Assembly: GCA_016937015.1 (NCBI GenBank)
Contig: JAFGWT010000543.1
Span: 30,440-94,439, forward strand
Direction of reading: 5' to 3'
Source of the DNA: Deltaproteobacteria bacterium
GTDB taxonomy: Bacteria; Myxococcota_A; Polyangia; JAAYKL01
Length of the DNA stretch: 64,000 nt
A program made the translations under genes and the position numbers. The stretch's first letter is position 1. Each line of letters begins with the position of its first letter. The notes under the pieces were generated by a model. It ran no database searches and was not told the DNA's origin. It saw only the letters and a list, made by a program, of their open reading frames with translations. This document shows positions 18,753 through 27,286 of the stretch, piece after piece.

Positions 18753-20332
18753 GGGGTTGCCCCTTTCTTTTTCAGGTTTTCCAGCTGTCCCTGCATCTCC
18801 TGTGTCTGCTTTTTTATCGTTGCCAGAGTGGCCCAGCTGCTGTTGCGATCCTGCAGGATTTTAAGGATACTTTGATACAATCCGTTGTTCTTCTTTTGTT
18901 CCGCATCCAGAAGTCCGTAATACAGCGCATGATCGGGCAACGTACTCAACGCCTTTACCGACAGGCGCTTGCCTTCCTTAAGTGCGATTTCAGTACGCAG
19001 TCTTGTTGCGAATTTGTTCTGAATCCCGTCGATTCGATTTTTGTTCGCGTCCGGGATGATCAGTTCTGTGGAGGTGGCTCGTTCTGCCCGCACCGTCGCT
19101 TCAACGTGTGCCAGATTATCGTGGGATGATAGCGAAATCAGGGTTTCAGCCTCGGTAAAATCATCGACAGCCGCAATCCAATCTCCCTCCTGCAGCCCAA
19201 CATACGCACGCACCCTGAGCAGACGTCCACGCGCCCAACCAGGCAGGGCTTTTTCTTCAAGAAAGTACGATGCGGCGTCTCGTGCTTTTACGTACTGTCC
19301 AGCGTCAAGATATGTTTCGGCCAGTACTGGTGCTGCCCGCAACAAATCCTTGTTGTCCAGTCGTCCCATGATTCTGTCTGAATACGCGGCCAATACAGAA
19401 CCCAATCCAATCCGAATCAGATGGTCCGCCGCGATTTCAAGCAGATTGAGCGAAAAAAATCGCGTTAAGTAGTCTTTTTCAAATTTAATAAACGTGTCTG
19501 TAAGCCTGGAGGTGTCATCCAAACGTGCGTATTTCAGCAGTGTATTGATTAGGATTGTTTTTCGATGTGTTTCTATTCGCTGCAGAATCTTTTCAGATTC
19601 TTTCTCTCTGTTAGGGGTTTCTCGGAGATAGTCACCCAAAGTGCTTAAAATGTATTCCGCTTCATCCACATCACCAATGGAAAATTGACACCAGGAGATC
19701 AGAAATGCTGATTCGATGGCTTCGGGTGTATCAAATCTGCTGGAGAGCGGATTGCACTTTGCTGCGACACTTTCAGTGAGTGCTGCCTCCACCACATTGA
19801 TGCGGTTTTCGGTCAACAGTTTCTTTTCCGGTGCTGCGGATTCTTCGAGAAAAAGCGCCTTGCGCGCACCGACAACATCGCCCTTTTTTAACAGTTCTAT
19901 TGTATGAACAGGCAGTGGAACAAGCGAATCCGGATCGAGCAAAGCGTTCAGTGCATCCTTTTCCGAACGTGAATTGCCAACGATAATTTGGACCTTTTTA
20001 TGCTGTTTCTTTCCATTGAATTTTAAAGACGCATTCTTGGAGTACAGCTCAACGGTCATTTTGGACTGACGGTTTGGGAACAGCCGATACTCAATATCAG
20101 TATTTTCAAGCGAATCACGAATTTCCTGCTCCTGCACAGGTGACCATTCCCTGAAATACATACGCACGCCACGCTCATCTTCGTCCTCTTCCAGATGAAC
20201 AATTTTTTCGTCAAAGGCCAGAACAGAAAGCTCTTTGAGTGACCACATGTCGTCATCAGCGGCGGCAATGCCTGGCAAAACGATGGCGACTGAAAAGAGT
20301 AACGTGATGTGAATTTTATTCGGACATTTCAT
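18749..20332 (-). CDS. secreted TPR-like/helical-repeat protein, first gene of the flagellar operon
   Basis: clear signal peptide (KIHITLLFSVAIVLPGIAAA); 4-nt overlap with flgB start implies co-transcription; no recognisable catalytic motif. Confidence 0.5.
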   Translation of the reverse strand: MKCPNKIHITLLFSVAIVLPGIAAADDDMWSLKELSVLAFDEKIVHLEEDEDERGVRMYFREWSPVQEQEIRDSLENTDIEYRLFPNRQSKMTVELYSKNASLKFNGKKQHKKVQIIVGNSRSEKDALNALLDPDSLVPLPVHTIELLKKGDVVGARKALFLEESAAPEKKLLTENRINVVEAALTESVAAKCNPLSSRFDTPEAIESAFLISWCQFSIGDVDEAEYILSTLGDYLRETPNREKESEKILQRIETHRKTILINTLLKYARLDDTSRLTDTFIKFEKDYLTRFFSLNLLEIAADHLIRIGLGSVLAAYSDRIMGRLDNKDLLRAAPVLAETYLDAGQYVKARDAASYFLEEKALPGWARGRLLRVRAYVGLQEGDWIAAVDDFTEAETLISLSSHDNLAHVEATVRAERATSTELIIPDANKNRIDGIQNKFATRLRTEIALKEGKRLSVKALSTLPDHALYYGLLDAEQKKNNGLYQSILKILQDRNSSWATLATIKKQTQEMQGQLENLKKKGATP

Positions 20333-20345
20333 ACCCGAAACGGGG

Positions 20346-20362
20346 TTGCAATCCGTATGCCA
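20346..20362 (-). promoter_or_regulatory. sigma-54-like -24/-12 element (TGGCAT-N5-TTGCA)
   Basis: reverse complement of 20346..20362 reads TGGCATACGGATTGCAA with consensus GG/GC spacing; caveat: only ~12 nt from the ATG at 20332. Confidence 0.25.
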
Positions 20363-20466
20363 CGGTTATCCAAATGAATTTATTCAGTTTTTTGACGCTT
20401 CTGTCAGAAATTTGAGCGGTGCAGGGTCAGAATGATGACTGTTGCGTTCGTCATTTGACGCTTCAT

Positions 20467-20562
20467 TCAATGGACGATGCAGGCAATGGACGATGCAGGC
20501 AATGGACGATGCAGGCAATGGACGATGCAGGCAATGAACGATGCAGGCAATGGACGATGCAG
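20467..20562. repeat. 6 x 16-bp perfect tandem direct repeat (CAATGGACGATGCAGG; copy 5 has one G>A)
   Basis: read directly from sequence; lies in the 270-bp leader between the xylanase 3' end and the flagellar operon start. Confidence 0.95.
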
Positions 20563-20603
20563 GTTTGCGATAAATCGACGGGGAAAGGAATGGGGAAGTG
20601 GAA

Positions 20604-21779
20604 TCAGTCGAACCTAACGGTTACTTCAGCGTGACCGGAGCTATGATATCCCTCTACAACCAACGATACCTCGTAGAAAGATCCCATTTGCAGGCCATAC
20701 TGTCCCCATGCCTGAAAGTGGGGGGCGACAGTAATCGTGCCGCTGGTACGCTTGTCGGTGCGCACGCTCCAGAACTGTGGGAAAGTGGCGGTTCCTTCGA
20801 TGGACGGCTGGTTGATTCGGTCGCTTTTGTATACCTCATAAGTGCCACCATCCACCTGAATCGTACCCAGGGGGCTTGTCCCTGGTGGACGCCAGCTGCC
20901 CCAGCTATCCACGATGTAGTATTCAACCAACGGATTTTGCGTCCAGCCGTAAATCGCCAGATAGGAATTGCCGTTGGGCTGGTAATTCGCACTGTAGGTC
21001 ACCACAGGCTCGGCGGATCCGGGTCTGACGCCTTTTCGGGCCAGATAATTCCCCTGTGCCTCGGTCCAGTCTGCGACAAAGCCGACCGCGGTATTGGTCA
21101 TACAGGCGGAACCACTGTCCGTCCAGATTTCGTAGGTGAGTCCGCAATGCTTACCTGACTGTGCGCTCGCGCAAGCCTGCATATCCCCTTCGGTACATGC
21201 GGGGGGATCGGCGTCTGTATCCGTGTCCGTATCGGTATCAGTGTCCGTATCAGTGTCCGTATCAGTGTCTGTGTCCGTATCGGTATCGGTATCCGTATCA
21301 GTGTCCGTATCAGTGTCGGTGTCAGAATCCGTAGCGCCGGGTTCGCAACAGATTGGTGTCTCTGATGGACATGTGTAGTCGGGGAGATAAGTGCCATTCA
21401 TGTTTCGACATTCTCCCTGTCCAACACAAGTTCCCGGACAATTCGTATCGCCATCTGAATCAGTGTCCGTATCTGTATCGCTGTCCGAATCCGAGTCTGA
21501 ATCGGTATCTGTATCCGTGTCCGAGTCGGTGTCTGAATCTGAATCAGTGTCTGAATCTGAATCAGTATCCGAATCAGTGTCTGAATCAGTGTCTGAATCC
21601 GAATCAGAATCGCTGTCAGTGTCTGTGTCACTGTCGGTATCTGCATCTGAATCCGAATCGCTATCTGAGTCGGAATCTGAATCGCTGCTGCCTTCTCTTA
21701 AATTGTCTTCTCCGCCAGTACACGCCGCGAAGAGAGAGACGGCAGACAGTAAGATTAAAACCAGTGCATGCTTCGTCAT
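20604..21779 (-). CDS. GH11 endo-1,4-beta-xylanase with lipoprotein signal, two (Asp-Ser/Asp-Thr)n linkers and an 8-Cys mini-module
   Basis: C-terminal 190 aa align by eye to GH11 signatures ([22 protein letters not shown] ... [12 protein letters not shown] ... [21 protein letters not shown]; both catalytic Glu present); start set at Met with lipobox LFAAC. Confidence 0.9.
   Translation of the reverse strand: MTKHALVLILLSAVSLFAACTGGEDNLREGSSDSDSDSDSDSDSDADTDSDTDTDSDSDSDSDTDSDTDSDTDSDSDTDSDSDTDSDTDTDTDSDSDSDSDTDTDTDSDGDTNCPGTCVGQGECRNMNGTYLPDYTCPSETPICCEPGATDSDTDTDTDTDTDTDTDTDTDTDTDTDTDTDTDTDTDTDADPPACTEGDMQACASAQSGKHCGLTYEIWTDSGSACMTNTAVGFVADWTEAQGNYLARKGVRPGSAEPVVTYSANYQPNGNSYLAIYGWTQNPLVEYYIVDSWGSWRPPGTSPLGTIQVDGGTYEVYKSDRINQPSIEGTATFPQFWSVRTDKRTSGTITVAPHFQAWGQYGLQMGSFYEVSLVVEGYHSSGHAEVTVRFD
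21201..21332 (-). repeat. (Asp-Thr)n coding repeat, xylanase linker 2
   Basis: GTATCNGTGTCN repeats visible on + strand. Confidence 0.9.
21444..21686 (-). repeat. (Asp-Ser/Asp-Thr)n coding repeat, xylanase linker 1
   Basis: ~80-residue SD/TD run encoded by GA(R)TC/GTGTC-type repeats. Confidence 0.9.
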
Positions 21780-22074
21780 TTGGCTTTCCCTTTCAAAAAA
21801 ATCATTAATAAACCTTTTTATTTGCACCCCAGTCTCAAGCAAACAAGGGGTAATACATCTTAAAAAACGGGAAAATTTCGCTCATTATCGTTAAACGCTG
21901 ATCGCTAAAGATAGTACCATGGCGTTGTGTAATCGGAGCACCTAATTGGTTATTTTGTGATTTTTTTTTGGCATATGAATATTTTTACTGGTCGCTATGA
22001 TCGAAAAAAATGCAAGATTGGTCGCATTATGATATTTTTTACTTTATTTTTCGACGCCTTGTCCCTCCCTTTGA

Positions 22075-23148
22075 TTGACCTGTTTATCCTTGCGTGATAT
22101 CTGGTTTTTTCGGCCCATTGAGCAATACGTTATGATGACAGGACTACGCACAATAAAAGATCAGGAAACTGCTATCGCGATACTTCAACGCGGGTTGCAG
22201 TTCGATAAACTTCACCACGCGTATTTATTCGAAGGACCTCCAGGGGTCGGAAAACAGCTCACAGCATTGGCTTTGGCTCTGGCAATTAACTGCGATTCTG
22301 AAAAGGATGGCTGTGGCGAGTGCATCCATTGTCGGAAGCTGTTAAAAGGAAACCATCCGGATTATCTGGAACTGACGCCTCCCGACGGAAAGCGGAATAT
22401 CTTGATTGACGGTGTTCGTGAAGCCGAAGCGTGGATTCGAATGCGTCCTCATGAGGGTAAGGCCAGAATTCTGGTTATTGCACCTGCTGACGCGATGACT
22501 GAATCTGCCGCCAACGCATTGCTGAAAACGCTTGAAGAACCCCGACGGGGCAATTACATCATTCTGGTTACCGCCGCGTCGTCGTCATTGCTGCCTACAG
22601 TGCGGTCGCGATGCCAGTCTGTCCGTTTCCATGCTTTATCGGAACAAACGGTTTTGGAGATACTGATTAGCGGTGGAATGTCCGAAGACGATGCGAAGCT
22701 TCTGGCATCTGTCAGCCGTGGTTCAATGGAGACGGCCACACAGTTTCGCAGTGAAGAGGTGTCGGGCAGGGTTGCACTGGTCTCACAGCTTCTTGAGGGG
22801 GCATCGAGTCGAATTCCTGATTTGGCGCTTGATGCGGCGTCAAAAATCAGGGATCGCGGTGAGGCCATTGCTGTACTGGAGTTGTTGCTGGTGGTCATGG
22901 AGGCACTGTTAAGAATACGCGCCGGAGCCAGAAGCGACTCTGGAACTAAACTTATTTTTGGAGATTTGCTTGGTAAACTGCAAAATGGCAGTGTACAGAT
23001 CGCAGCCTCGCATGTCGCGGCGATTCACCGCGCATTGGTGAGCATACAGCGGAATAACATGAATCCTCAGCTTGCGCTCGAAGGAATGATTATGAATATG
23101 CGCAGCAGGCAAAAGGATGATTTTTGGAGCAGGATTGGTGCGAAATGA
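22075..23148 (+). CDS. holB: DNA polymerase III delta-prime subunit
   Basis: HAYLFEGPPGVGKQLTALALALAINC P-loop region, C-x-x-C...C zinc module (CGECIHCRKLLKGNHPD), SRC arginine finger (TVRSRCQSV); true start may be the internal MMTGL at 22132. Confidence 0.8.
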   Translation: MTCLSLRDIWFFRPIEQYVMMTGLRTIKDQETAIAILQRGLQFDKLHHAYLFEGPPGVGKQLTALALALAINCDSEKDGCGECIHCRKLLKGNHPDYLELTPPDGKRNILIDGVREAEAWIRMRPHEGKARILVIAPADAMTESAANALLKTLEEPRRGNYIILVTAASSSLLPTVRSRCQSVRFHALSEQTVLEILISGGMSEDDAKLLASVSRGSMETATQFRSEEVSGRVALVSQLLEGASSRIPDLALDAASKIRDRGEAIAVLELLLVVMEALLRIRAGARSDSGTKLIFGDLLGKLQNGSVQIAASHVAAIHRALVSIQRNNMNPQLALEGMIMNMRSRQKDDFWSRIGAK

Positions 23149-24854
23149 GTGCTGACGAAAAGACAGGAGCGAACAATGCTCCTTCTAATAATGCGGAAAA
23201 TAATTCAGATTCAAAGCGGGAACCTCGGGACAGCCGAATGCCTGGCCCGAGAAAAAAGAGACGAAAAAATACGCGAAATTCTCGAATTCCACGACCGGAG
23301 CAAACTTCGGAGCCGCGGGAGGTGGAGGAACAATCTCTGGGTCCTGGTCGGAAAAAGCGAATTTTTAAACGACGACGCGCCAACGCGGAACAGGTTGTAC
23401 CCAATAATTCGGCAGATGCCAATCCTAAAAGCGTCCCAAGTGGTGAGGAACAAAACGGGGGACGGCGTAATCGGCGCAATCGAAGCGCACAGGGAAAAAC
23501 GCGCAAGCAATCTCAGGACACCAGACGGGACAGGACACGGGCGCGGCATGAGTCACAGGGGAGGGATAATGCCATTCACGGGGATTCCCAAAATCATCGA
23601 CGCCGAAGCGCTGGCGGTGAAACCGGTACTCAACCCAGCGGAGACAGAGAGAGTCTGCCGCCAGTGGCGCTCAACGACAGCGCGCCAGACGGATCTTTTT
23701 TTGGTAACGATTACACCGATATTGACACCCGTGGGACAGGACGAAATGTGCCCGCGTATGCCGCAACGGACGAAGCAGAAATAGTATCTGTTGAGAATTT
23801 CTTTTCGGGGCGAAAGGATACCGATTTTTCGTCGATGACAGATGCGGAGCTGGATTTTCTGAAGCCCCACGAGGCAAATGAAAATGATCTGTATCTGGAT
23901 TTGCCGGAACTTGACACCTCCCATCCCCCCAGAGGGAAGCTGATGGACATAGTTGGCGTAAAAACCCACAGGAGCGGCATTATTGAACCTTTCGATTGCG
24001 AGGATCTGATTCTTGCCCGTGGCGATGAGGTGATCGTCGAAACGGATAGGGGACTCGCCATTGGGGAGGTAATGGTTCCCACCACCAGACGGTGGGTAAG
24101 TCGCGATGTCCCCAGGGTATTTCGCGCAGCCACCCCCAATGATATGCGTCAGCGTGATCGCAATCTTCAGAAAGCGGCCGAAGCGGTTGACCTGTGCCAG
24201 AGATCCATCGTGCGTCTTCGACTGGTAATGAAACTTGTCGAAGTGATTTATCTGCATGGCGGAAATAAGGCAGTTTTTTATTTTATGGCTGAAGGGCGGG
24301 TGGATTTTCGTCAACTGGTCAAGGAGTTGGCAAGGGAACTTCATATTCGGGTTGAAATGCGTCAGATTGGTGTTCGCGATGCATCCCGAATGATCGGAGG
24401 TATCGGCACGTGCGGTTTGCAGTTGTGCTGCACTCGCTATATTCGTGAATTTCAGCCGGTATCCATCCGCATGGCCAAAGATCAGGATTTGGTTTTAAAC
24501 CCCGAAAAAGTATCCGGACAATGTGGTCGATTGATGTGTTGTCTCGCGTACGAAGAAGAGGTTTACAAGGAAAAAGGGAAAGCCATGCCCCGGGTGGGAA
24601 AAATCGTCGAAACCCCACATGGTTGCGGGCGAGTCAGAGACAGGGACATTTTAAGGGGACTTGTTCGGGTTGAACTTGAAGGTGAACACGGGTTGACGCC
24701 TTTTGAAATCGCCGATATCCGCCCGGTAAAGCAAACTGCTGATATGGGCCGCGGACGGCGAAATGAGCATCGGGAGAAAGAGGCGGATGCACCCGATAGT
24801 CCAGCTGCCAGTCCTGAACCTGAATTGACTGAAGAAAACAAATCCAGCGAATAA
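23145..24854 (+). CDS. ricT: PSP1/RicT(YaaT)-family protein with ~280-aa Arg/Lys/Ser-rich disordered N-terminal extension
   Basis: C-terminal 270 aa carry the PSP1 domain incl. GTCGLQLCCTRYIREF and CGRLMCCLAYEEEVY Cys motifs; ATGA overlap with holB stop (conserved holB-yaaT synteny). Confidence 0.75.
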   Translation: MSADEKTGANNAPSNNAENNSDSKREPRDSRMPGPRKKRRKNTRNSRIPRPEQTSEPREVEEQSLGPGRKKRIFKRRRANAEQVVPNNSADANPKSVPSGEEQNGGRRNRRNRSAQGKTRKQSQDTRRDRTRARHESQGRDNAIHGDSQNHRRRSAGGETGTQPSGDRESLPPVALNDSAPDGSFFGNDYTDIDTRGTGRNVPAYAATDEAEIVSVENFFSGRKDTDFSSMTDAELDFLKPHEANENDLYLDLPELDTSHPPRGKLMDIVGVKTHRSGIIEPFDCEDLILARGDEVIVETDRGLAIGEVMVPTTRRWVSRDVPRVFRAATPNDMRQRDRNLQKAAEAVDLCQRSIVRLRLVMKLVEVIYLHGGNKAVFYFMAEGRVDFRQLVKELARELHIRVEMRQIGVRDASRMIGGIGTCGLQLCCTRYIREFQPVSIRMAKDQDLVLNPEKVSGQCGRLMCCLAYEEEVYKEKGKAMPRVGKIVETPHGCGRVRDRDILRGLVRVELEGEHGLTPFEIADIRPVKQTADMGRGRRNEHREKEADAPDSPAASPEPELTEENKSSE

Positions 24855-24899
24855 TCAACCCCCCGATGCTGTTGGTGATGCGAATATGGTGTCTTAAAG

Positions 24900-25889
24900 A
24901 TGAGTAATTTTGCTTTGCCCATGGCACTGCCCAATTTTCCAGCGGCAATCAGAGATGCCGGAAGTTCGTTTGCCCCCGCGCGACTGGCTGCCTGTGTGTC
25001 CTTTTCTCTTGTAGACGACTCCGATATTCCCCAGGCGGTTCAGCTACTTTCCGCGATGCTAGCTGACTCCGAATTACAGATACGTATCCAGTCAATTGAG
25101 AGTCTGGCCGCATTGGTCGAGCGCGGCGCAGACGTGGACAGGGCATCGATGCAGTGTGTATACGAAAATGGCCATGCAGACCTCCGTGCGGTACTGCTGC
25201 AAAATGGGCGTCAGTTGCTGTCATCCCCCTTGATAGCTGCGATAGATGCGGCCAGCAGCAAGGATGAGCTTCTGCGATACAGTGCAGCTGTTTCGCTGGG
25301 CGCAATGCTGGACGACGAAAAAGCGCAGGAAATCAGGAATGTGTTGCTGACACTGCTGGATGATGAATCAATGGAAGTGCGTATCACCGCCGCATTTCAG
25401 TTGGGGGCGCGGGGTTCTGAAAAGTCTGCTGTTCTCCTTGAATCTTTGGTCGAAAGTCAAGACGATAAGGCGATTGAAGCGATGATCATTTTGGCTCAGC
25501 TGGGATTGTCCCGGAGCCGGAAAGTGCTTGAAAATGTGGCGCAGCGACGATTTGCGCCACCAGCATTGCGTGCGATGGCCAGTACCGCTTTGATTCGCAT
25601 GTACGGAAACAGTTACTTCAGTGGTCTGAATGACATGCTGCAGTCCTGGCGCAAATCAAGACGATTGGCCGCTTTGCGCGCCTGCGCCGCGATTCCCTCT
25701 GATTCACTGGCGGAGACATTGGCGCATCACGTTGTTTCCGCCGTCGGTGAGGATGAACAGTCCGCCGCCCTTTGGGCGCTGTGGCAGGTTGTATCGAAAT
25801 ACCCCCATTGTGCGCCTGTTCTAAATGAACTGCGTGTTCATCTTGGCAAGTCACTGACAGATGAGCTGTCAGAATATGGGAAAGGATAA
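24900..25889 (+). CDS. HEAT/PBS-lyase-like repeat protein
   Basis: ~30-residue helical repeats with recurring xxVRxxAAxALGxxG pattern (EVRITAAFQLGARG; ALRAMASTALIRMYG). Confidence 0.5.
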   Translation: MSNFALPMALPNFPAAIRDAGSSFAPARLAACVSFSLVDDSDIPQAVQLLSAMLADSELQIRIQSIESLAALVERGADVDRASMQCVYENGHADLRAVLLQNGRQLLSSPLIAAIDAASSKDELLRYSAAVSLGAMLDDEKAQEIRNVLLTLLDDESMEVRITAAFQLGARGSEKSAVLLESLVESQDDKAIEAMIILAQLGLSRSRKVLENVAQRRFAPPALRAMASTALIRMYGNSYFSGLNDMLQSWRKSRRLAALRACAAIPSDSLAETLAHHVVSAVGEDEQSAALWALWQVVSKYPHCAPVLNELRVHLGKSLTDELSEYGKG

Positions 25890-25893
25890 ACCT

Positions 25894-26757
25894 ATGGTGG
25901 CGTTTCAAAAAAAATCGCAACACGTGCAGCTGAGCACTTCGCCGCAGAGTGTCCCACTGTTTGATTCTCACGCTCATTTGGACATGTTGATTCAAAGGGG
26001 ACTTAACCTTGATGACATAATGAATAGTGCATTGGAAATTGGACTGAAGGGAATCATCGCTGTTGCCTGTGCAGATAAGGAAGGTGAGTACGCGGATGGC
26101 CTTGCGGCGGCGGCCGAATATCCAAATATCTGGCGTATCGCCGGTGTACATCCCCATTCCGCGTCGATTGTCAGTGATGGCGCAGTAGAACAGTTGCGTG
26201 TGGCGCTATTGCAATCCAAAGCGATTGGGTTGGGTGAAATTGGATTGGACTATCATTACAACTACAGTTCACCGCAGGCGCAGCGCAGCGCATTTATTGC
26301 GCAACTCAAGCTGGCGCGAGAACTTCGGCTGCCGGTTGTCGTTCACACGAGAAATGCAGACGATGATACATTTGCCATACTGGATGGAGAGGGTGTGTCT
26401 GAATACGGCGGCGTGATTCACTGCTTCTCATCAGGAGAAAAGTTCGCGTCACAGGCACTGGAAATGGGGTTATATCTGTCGTTTTCGGGGATTGTGACAT
26501 TTCCAAAATCGACGGAAATACAGGAAGTGGCCAAATGGATTCCCGAAGAACGGATATTGAACGAGACCGATTCTCCCTTTCTTAGCCCCGCGCCAAAACG
26601 AGGCGGAATTAATACTCCTGAAAAAGTAAGGTTCGTCACGCAAAAAATTGCCGAACTTCGCAACGTTCCTCTGACAGAGATGGCTGCTGCAATCTATAAA
26701 AATACACAACGCTGTTTTAATTTATCCCTGGAAAATATGTCGAATGAAAAGGAATGA
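25894..26757 (+). CDS. tatD: TatD-family metal-dependent hydrolase
   Basis: LFDSHAHLD, GEIGLDYHY, VVHTR, HCFSSG, ETDSPFL motifs; start set at Met with AAAGGA RBS after HEAT stop. Confidence 0.85.
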   Translation: MVAFQKKSQHVQLSTSPQSVPLFDSHAHLDMLIQRGLNLDDIMNSALEIGLKGIIAVACADKEGEYADGLAAAAEYPNIWRIAGVHPHSASIVSDGAVEQLRVALLQSKAIGLGEIGLDYHYNYSSPQAQRSAFIAQLKLARELRLPVVVHTRNADDDTFAILDGEGVSEYGGVIHCFSSGEKFASQALEMGLYLSFSGIVTFPKSTEIQEVAKWIPEERILNETDSPFLSPAPKRGGINTPEKVRFVTQKIAELRNVPLTEMAAAIYKNTQRCFNLSLENMSNEKE

Positions 26758-27133
26758 CAAGATGACAGAGCGGGTTTTAGATGCTGATAAATACCTTGGG
26801 ATGCTCTTTGAGGCAATGAATCAGAAGAATCTGGCATTGCTTGAGGGGGCACTTGCGGAGAATGCAGTGTTTTATTTTCCGAAGACTGCACCAATCGAAG
26901 GAAAAAAGCGCATCATTACTTTTTTGAAAATTTTACTGCGGAAATACCCTGATTTGAATTTTACAGTGCGCCGCATAATTGGAAACACTGCCAGCGCAGC
27001 AGCTGAGTGGTCCAACCACGGCACATCTTCAAACGGCGATTCATACCAAAATGCCGGGGCGACATTTCTTGAAATGAAAGAGGGCAAAATCATCTATATC
27101 AGCGACACCTTTAAAAATACCGAGATAGTTTAA
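26744..27133 (+). CDS. NTF2/SnoaL-like small protein
   Basis: 129 aa; pattern of alternating hydrophobic strands and ...FLEMKEGKIIYISDTF C-terminus typical of NTF2-like cone fold; weak. Confidence 0.4.
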   Translation: MKRNDKMTERVLDADKYLGMLFEAMNQKNLALLEGALAENAVFYFPKTAPIEGKKRIITFLKILLRKYPDLNFTVRRIIGNTASAAAEWSNHGTSSNGDSYQNAGATFLEMKEGKIIYISDTFKNTEIV

Positions 27134-27286
27134 TTGCCAATTCTGTTATTTGTGATTTTTTGTAATTTTATCAAATAGATGTCCCGTCTTCATGTGGTAT
27201 AATTGTATTTTACGCCGTTTAGCCTGATTGATGAGATTGGGGTGTGCGGCATATCAGACGGACGCCATTTTATTCTGGAGGCATTT

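Noticed and set aside
20467-20562. The tandem repeat as a CRISPR array.
   Set aside because: Copies are directly abutting with no spacers, the unit is only 16 bp, and no cas genes are nearby.
20419-20634. 71-aa ORF reading through the 6 x 16-bp tandem array (MQGQNDDCCVRHLTLHSMDDAGNGRCRQWTMQ...).
   Set aside because: Its open frame is explained by the repeat (96 bp = 32 codons). It has no RBS, it overlaps the xylanase 3' end, and the 16-bp period argues against selection on coding.
23553-24344. 263-aa minus-strand ORF opposite ricT.
   Set aside because: It is antisense to the PSP1-domain region with conserved Cys motifs, and it has no start context.
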